Assembly: GCA_965215885.1 (NCBI GenBank)
Contig: CBDCEW010000103.1
Location: 1-64,000, forward strand
Length of the DNA: 64,000 bases
Origin: Candidatus Moanibacter sp.
GTDB taxonomy: Bacteria > Verrucomicrobiota > Verrucomicrobiia > Opitutales > UBA2987
Direction: 5' to 3'
Position 1 is the stretch's first letter. Each line of letters opens with the position of its first letter. The notes beneath the pieces were generated by a model. That model did no database searches and was not told the origin of the DNA. It worked only from the letters and a program-made list of their open reading frames with translations. This document shows, piece by piece, positions 61,001-64,000 of this stretch. The position numbers were made by a program, and so were the translations under genes.

Positions 61001-62485
61001 TCAAGAGGCTGCGAGCGGTTCGCCTGTTCGGGTCGGCTTCCAATTCGCCGGAGCGAGTTCGGCGATCTCGGTGATGTTCATGTCCGGCAATCTTTTGAGG
61101 ACGTCAGTGAGGTAAGCGGATGGTTCAATTGCGTGCCGCCGGCAACTCTCAATGATCGAGTAAATTACGGCGCTTCTCCAACCGGCCTTGGGGTGGCCGA
61201 TGAACATCCAGTTTTTCTTTCCCAGGGCGGTCGGCCGGATAGCATTCTCAATGAGGTTATTGTCGATTTCAACCTTGCCATGCTCGAGGTAGCGCTTGAG
61301 TGATTCCCACTGGTTCAGAGCATACTCAACGGCTTCACCCATTTTGCTCCGCGGCAAGGCCCGCCGTTTGAGTATAGGCAAGGCTTTGCCCAAGCGTTCC
61401 ACGATCATCCGACCATGGCTTTTCCGGTAGGCTTCGCGCAAGGCGGGACCGGCCCGCTGTTCGCGCAGAGGGCGCTCGTCTCTGTAGAGATTGTGGATCT
61501 GCCGCACCACCCAGCCGGCCAGCTTCGGATTCTCATCCATCGCCTCCACAAATTTGCGTCGCAGGTGTGCCCAGCACCCAAACAGGGTAATCCCGTTATG
61601 CTCCCGGGCGAAACTGCCATAGGCTGCGTAACCGTCGGTTTGGAGCAACCCTTCGTATCCGTTGAGGAACTGCTCGAGACATTTTACCCCACGGCCTGTG
61701 TGCCAGTCGTAGAGCACCTCGCCGCCGGGTCGCCCGTAGACCCCCAGGTATCCTTTCCTGCAGCCCTCTTTCTTGCCTGCGTCCGGATCCAGGTAGCGGA
61801 TGGGCGTTTCGTCCGCCTGGATGTAACCGCCCTCGAACAATTGTAAGCACATGTAGTTGTAGATGGGTTTTAGCCATTGCGCTACCTGGTGGATCCAATC
61901 GAGCATGCTCTGGCGCGCCACCCTTACTCCGTAGCGTTCCCGGAAAATCTTCTCCTGCCGATACAACGGCAGGTGATCGACGTATTTGCTCAGTAATAGT
62001 GCACCAAAAGCCCCACTCCAGGGCCGCGATGGTAATGGCGCCAGCACGGGAGGTTCCTGGGGCTTTTCGCGAGATACATATTTGCGCCGTATATAGCGCC
62101 GCCTGATAAATCGGGCCGGGAGCAAATCTAACTCTTCAGTGACTTCCTCACCGATCAACCGCCACTTTTGCGGTTCAACCTTCACCGCTTCGGGTTCGAT
62201 TACGATCTCTTCGACTTCCAGGTGCTCGGGCAGACGCTGTCGCCTCGCCCCAGCTCCTTTGCGCGCCTTCGGCTCGGGTGGTGGCTCTGCCGTTTGCTCA
62301 GCGGGTTTGTTTTCCTCGGCCTGCTCCAGCCCGGCCAGGAGCAATTCCAGCTGTCCCGGATCGATCCGCTCGCTTTGGTTGCCTCCAAAGTAGCGCTTAA
62401 TGAGCCAGCCGATCTTCTGACGTAAAAGCCGATTCTCCTCTCGGAGTTGCTCCAGCTCTGTTTGCAAAACCTCGACTTCAGGCAT
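61001..62485 (-). CDS. tnpC: IS66 transposase TnpC
   Basis: SKYVDHLPLYRQ, QADET, TDGY, CWAHLRRKF, IDNNLIEN. Confidence 0.92.
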   Translation of the reverse strand: MPEVEVLQTELEQLREENRLLRQKIGWLIKRYFGGNQSERIDPGQLELLLAGLEQAEENKPAEQTAEPPPEPKARKGAGARRQRLPEHLEVEEIVIEPEAVKVEPQKWRLIGEEVTEELDLLPARFIRRRYIRRKYVSREKPQEPPVLAPLPSRPWSGAFGALLLSKYVDHLPLYRQEKIFRERYGVRVARQSMLDWIHQVAQWLKPIYNYMCLQLFEGGYIQADETPIRYLDPDAGKKEGCRKGYLGVYGRPGGEVLYDWHTGRGVKCLEQFLNGYEGLLQTDGYAAYGSFAREHNGITLFGCWAHLRRKFVEAMDENPKLAGWVVRQIHNLYRDERPLREQRAGPALREAYRKSHGRMIVERLGKALPILKRRALPRSKMGEAVEYALNQWESLKRYLEHGKVEIDNNLIENAIRPTALGKKNWMFIGHPKAGWRSAVIYSIIESCRRHAIEPSAYLTDVLKRLPDMNITEIAELAPANWKPTRTGEPLAAS

Positions 62486-62553
62486 GAAAACAATACTAAA
62501 CTAACGGTAATAAGAAAAGCACTACTTTTTTCAAAAAAATCACTTTTTTTGAC

Positions 62554-62904
62554 CTAACGCTGATACCAGGGCCGCATCTTCCCCTCCCTCAGGTCGATCC
62601 CGTTCAAGAGCATGCTCAACGCTTCAGGGCGCAATGGAAGCTTCTGATCTTTCAAGTCCACTCCCTGCGGCCAGCTGAACCGACCCTTCTCTAATCGCTT
62701 TGCGAAAACCCATAACCCCGTGCCGTCCCAATACAGAATCTTGACCCGGTCCCGGCTGCGATTGCAGAAGACAAAGTCCGCTCCGCTCAACGGGTCTTCC
62801 TTGAGCTGATTGGCCGCCAGGGCGTAGAGACCATTAAAGCTCTTTCGCAGATCCGTTACTCCCACGGCCAGGAAAACCTTCATCGTTCCCGGTAAGCTCA
62901 GCAT
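62554..62904 (-). CDS. tnpB: IS66 accessory protein TnpB
   Basis: TDLRKSFNGL, KILYWDGTG, KRLEKGRF. Confidence 0.92.
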   Translation of the reverse strand: MLSLPGTMKVFLAVGVTDLRKSFNGLYALAANQLKEDPLSGADFVFCNRSRDRVKILYWDGTGLWVFAKRLEKGRFSWPQGVDLKDQKLPLRPEALSMLLNGIDLREGKMRPWYQR

Positions 62905-63263
62905 CCCGATTCCCTCAACGCCTTCACCAGACTCGCCACTTGTTCCACCGCAACACCGCAGTCCACCTCCACCCGTATCGGGTCCCCTAAGACGATCTCG
63001 ATCCGATCCTCCGTGACCGCGCTGCTCTGCACCGTAACTTCGGCAAACCGCGCCCCCGCCGATTTTACCCCGCTGCTTCTGTGCCCGGCCCGGTCCTTGC
63101 GCAGCCATCCCATAAAGGTCATATACTTGATACCGTGCCGCTGGGCAAACGCCCTCTGCGTCTGATTGCTGCGACGGTATGCGCTTATCAGTCGCCTGCG
63201 CTCCTGCCGACTTCGTCGAACGATTCGCTTCGACCGTGTCCGCCCTCTCGTTTTTTCTCCCAT
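62898..63263 (-). CDS. tnpA: IS66 accessory protein TnpA
   Basis: HTH SNQTQRAFAQRHGI..TFMGW, FAEV. Confidence 0.85.
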   Translation of the reverse strand: MGEKTRGRTRSKRIVRRSRQERRRLISAYRRSNQTQRAFAQRHGIKYMTFMGWLRKDRAGHRSSGVKSAGARFAEVTVQSSAVTEDRIEIVLGDPIRVEVDCGVAVEQVASLVKALRESGC

Positions 63264-63444
63264 CCCATAATCATATCACGGTCGGCATCTTTGCGCTACA
63301 AGGTCGGGGTCGTTCCCTCATCCGTGACCATTCGTAGTACTGCGGAGTCCCGGGCAGAGCGATTAGGAAGGTGTCGGTGCTGGAATCGGCCGTGATCCAC
63401 GAATGCACCCACAATGCAGAAGCGCTCAGCAAAATCGCAAAGCG

Positions 63445-63463
63445 AAGTCCGACAGATTCCTAG
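63445..63463 (-). repeat. MITE family 1 terminal repeat containing the lgt stop codon
   Basis: AAGTCCGACAGATTCCTAG. Confidence 0.7.
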
Positions 63464-64000
63464 CGGCGCCTTGCCGCGAATATCCAGCAGACTCCGATCA
63501 GACCAAGCACGAGTGAATAGAAAGTTCCCCGGCTCAGCCCCATGAGAAGACCGGCCTCATCGGGTTCTCGGAATATCTCGGAAATGATTCTGAGCAGGGC
63601 ATAGGCAACAAAAAATTCCCCAGTGAGCTGACCACTTGGAGGATTGTTGCCTCGCCTACTCCAGAACCGCCACTGAATGTAGACTCCAAGAGCCAAGCCC
63701 TCCAATGAAGCTTCATATAACTGCGAGGGATGGCGCGCCGGAATCTGTTCCCACGGCGTTCCCGGTGGCGCGCTCTGAGGAAATATCACTGCCCATGGAA
63801 CCTCTGTCGTTTTTCCCCACAATTCACCATTTATGAAATTCGCGACCCGGCCGAATAAAATCCCCGGCGGCGCCAGAGTGACGGCGATATCGCCGGTCCA
63901 GAGAAAAGGTGTACCGCTCTTACGAGAAATCAGGTAGACTGCCATGATGCAGCCGAGAAAGCCCCCATGACTCGCCATTCCCCCTTCCCATACGCGGATA
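63460..64000 (-). CDS. lgt: Prolipoprotein diacylglyceryl transferase (5'-partial)
   Basis: WEGGMASHGG, GRVANFINGELWG, RHPSQLYE, FREPD. Confidence 0.95.
   Translation of the reverse strand, partial: IRVWEGGMASHGGFLGCIMAVYLISRKSGTPFLWTGDIAVTLAPPGILFGRVANFINGELWGKTTEVPWAVIFPQSAPPGTPWEQIPARHPSQLYEASLEGLALGVYIQWRFWSRRGNNPPSGQLTGEFFVAYALLRIISEIFREPDEAGLLMGLSRGTFYSLVLGLIGVCWIFAARRR

Larger units (their letters stand above)
60937..63314 (-). mobile_element. IS66-family insertion sequence
   Basis: IR GTAAACGACC at 60937; 8-bp duplication CCCTCATC at 60929-60936 and 63315-63322; tnpA/B/C. Confidence 0.92.

Overview
A 64-kb bacterial chromosomal segment, probably Verrucomicrobiota/Opitutales (inferred from gene-family content, not proven). 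No rRNA, tRNA or CRISPR array was found. In order it holds: the 3' part of a quinohemoprotein amine dehydrogenase operon (qhpC end, qhpB, qhpF, IS-interrupted qhpE); a PAC2 protein and a pilin-like gene; a CHASE4 kinase/DevR-like regulator with two aspartate-less receivers; a DUF4338-ISAs1 element; a sigma54 nitrogen cluster (two TorF-like porins, glnA, GAF-GAF kinase, P-II, NtrC-like activator); an Atu/Liu-like acyl-CoA carboxylase cluster; queF, pgm, a UAP-type pyrophosphorylase and ftsB; ISL3; two GspB-like genes; a surface-polysaccharide cluster; central-metabolism genes; a tandem IS5-like dimer; a sigma54 regulator with a degenerate kinase and a stand-alone DHp microprotein; IS66; and lgt. 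The most unusual signals are non-coding or small. (i) GTAG-REP pairs with different arms bracket an identical IHF consensus site in a fixed 25-bp spacer. (ii) Two CTAG-flanked MITE families repeatedly abut TAG stop codons, and one copy is the target of two non-identical IS isoforms. (iii) A candidate kinase-less phosphotransfer module. Many frameshifts and microdeletions suggest an error-prone or strain-mixed assembly, so pseudogene calls are provisional.
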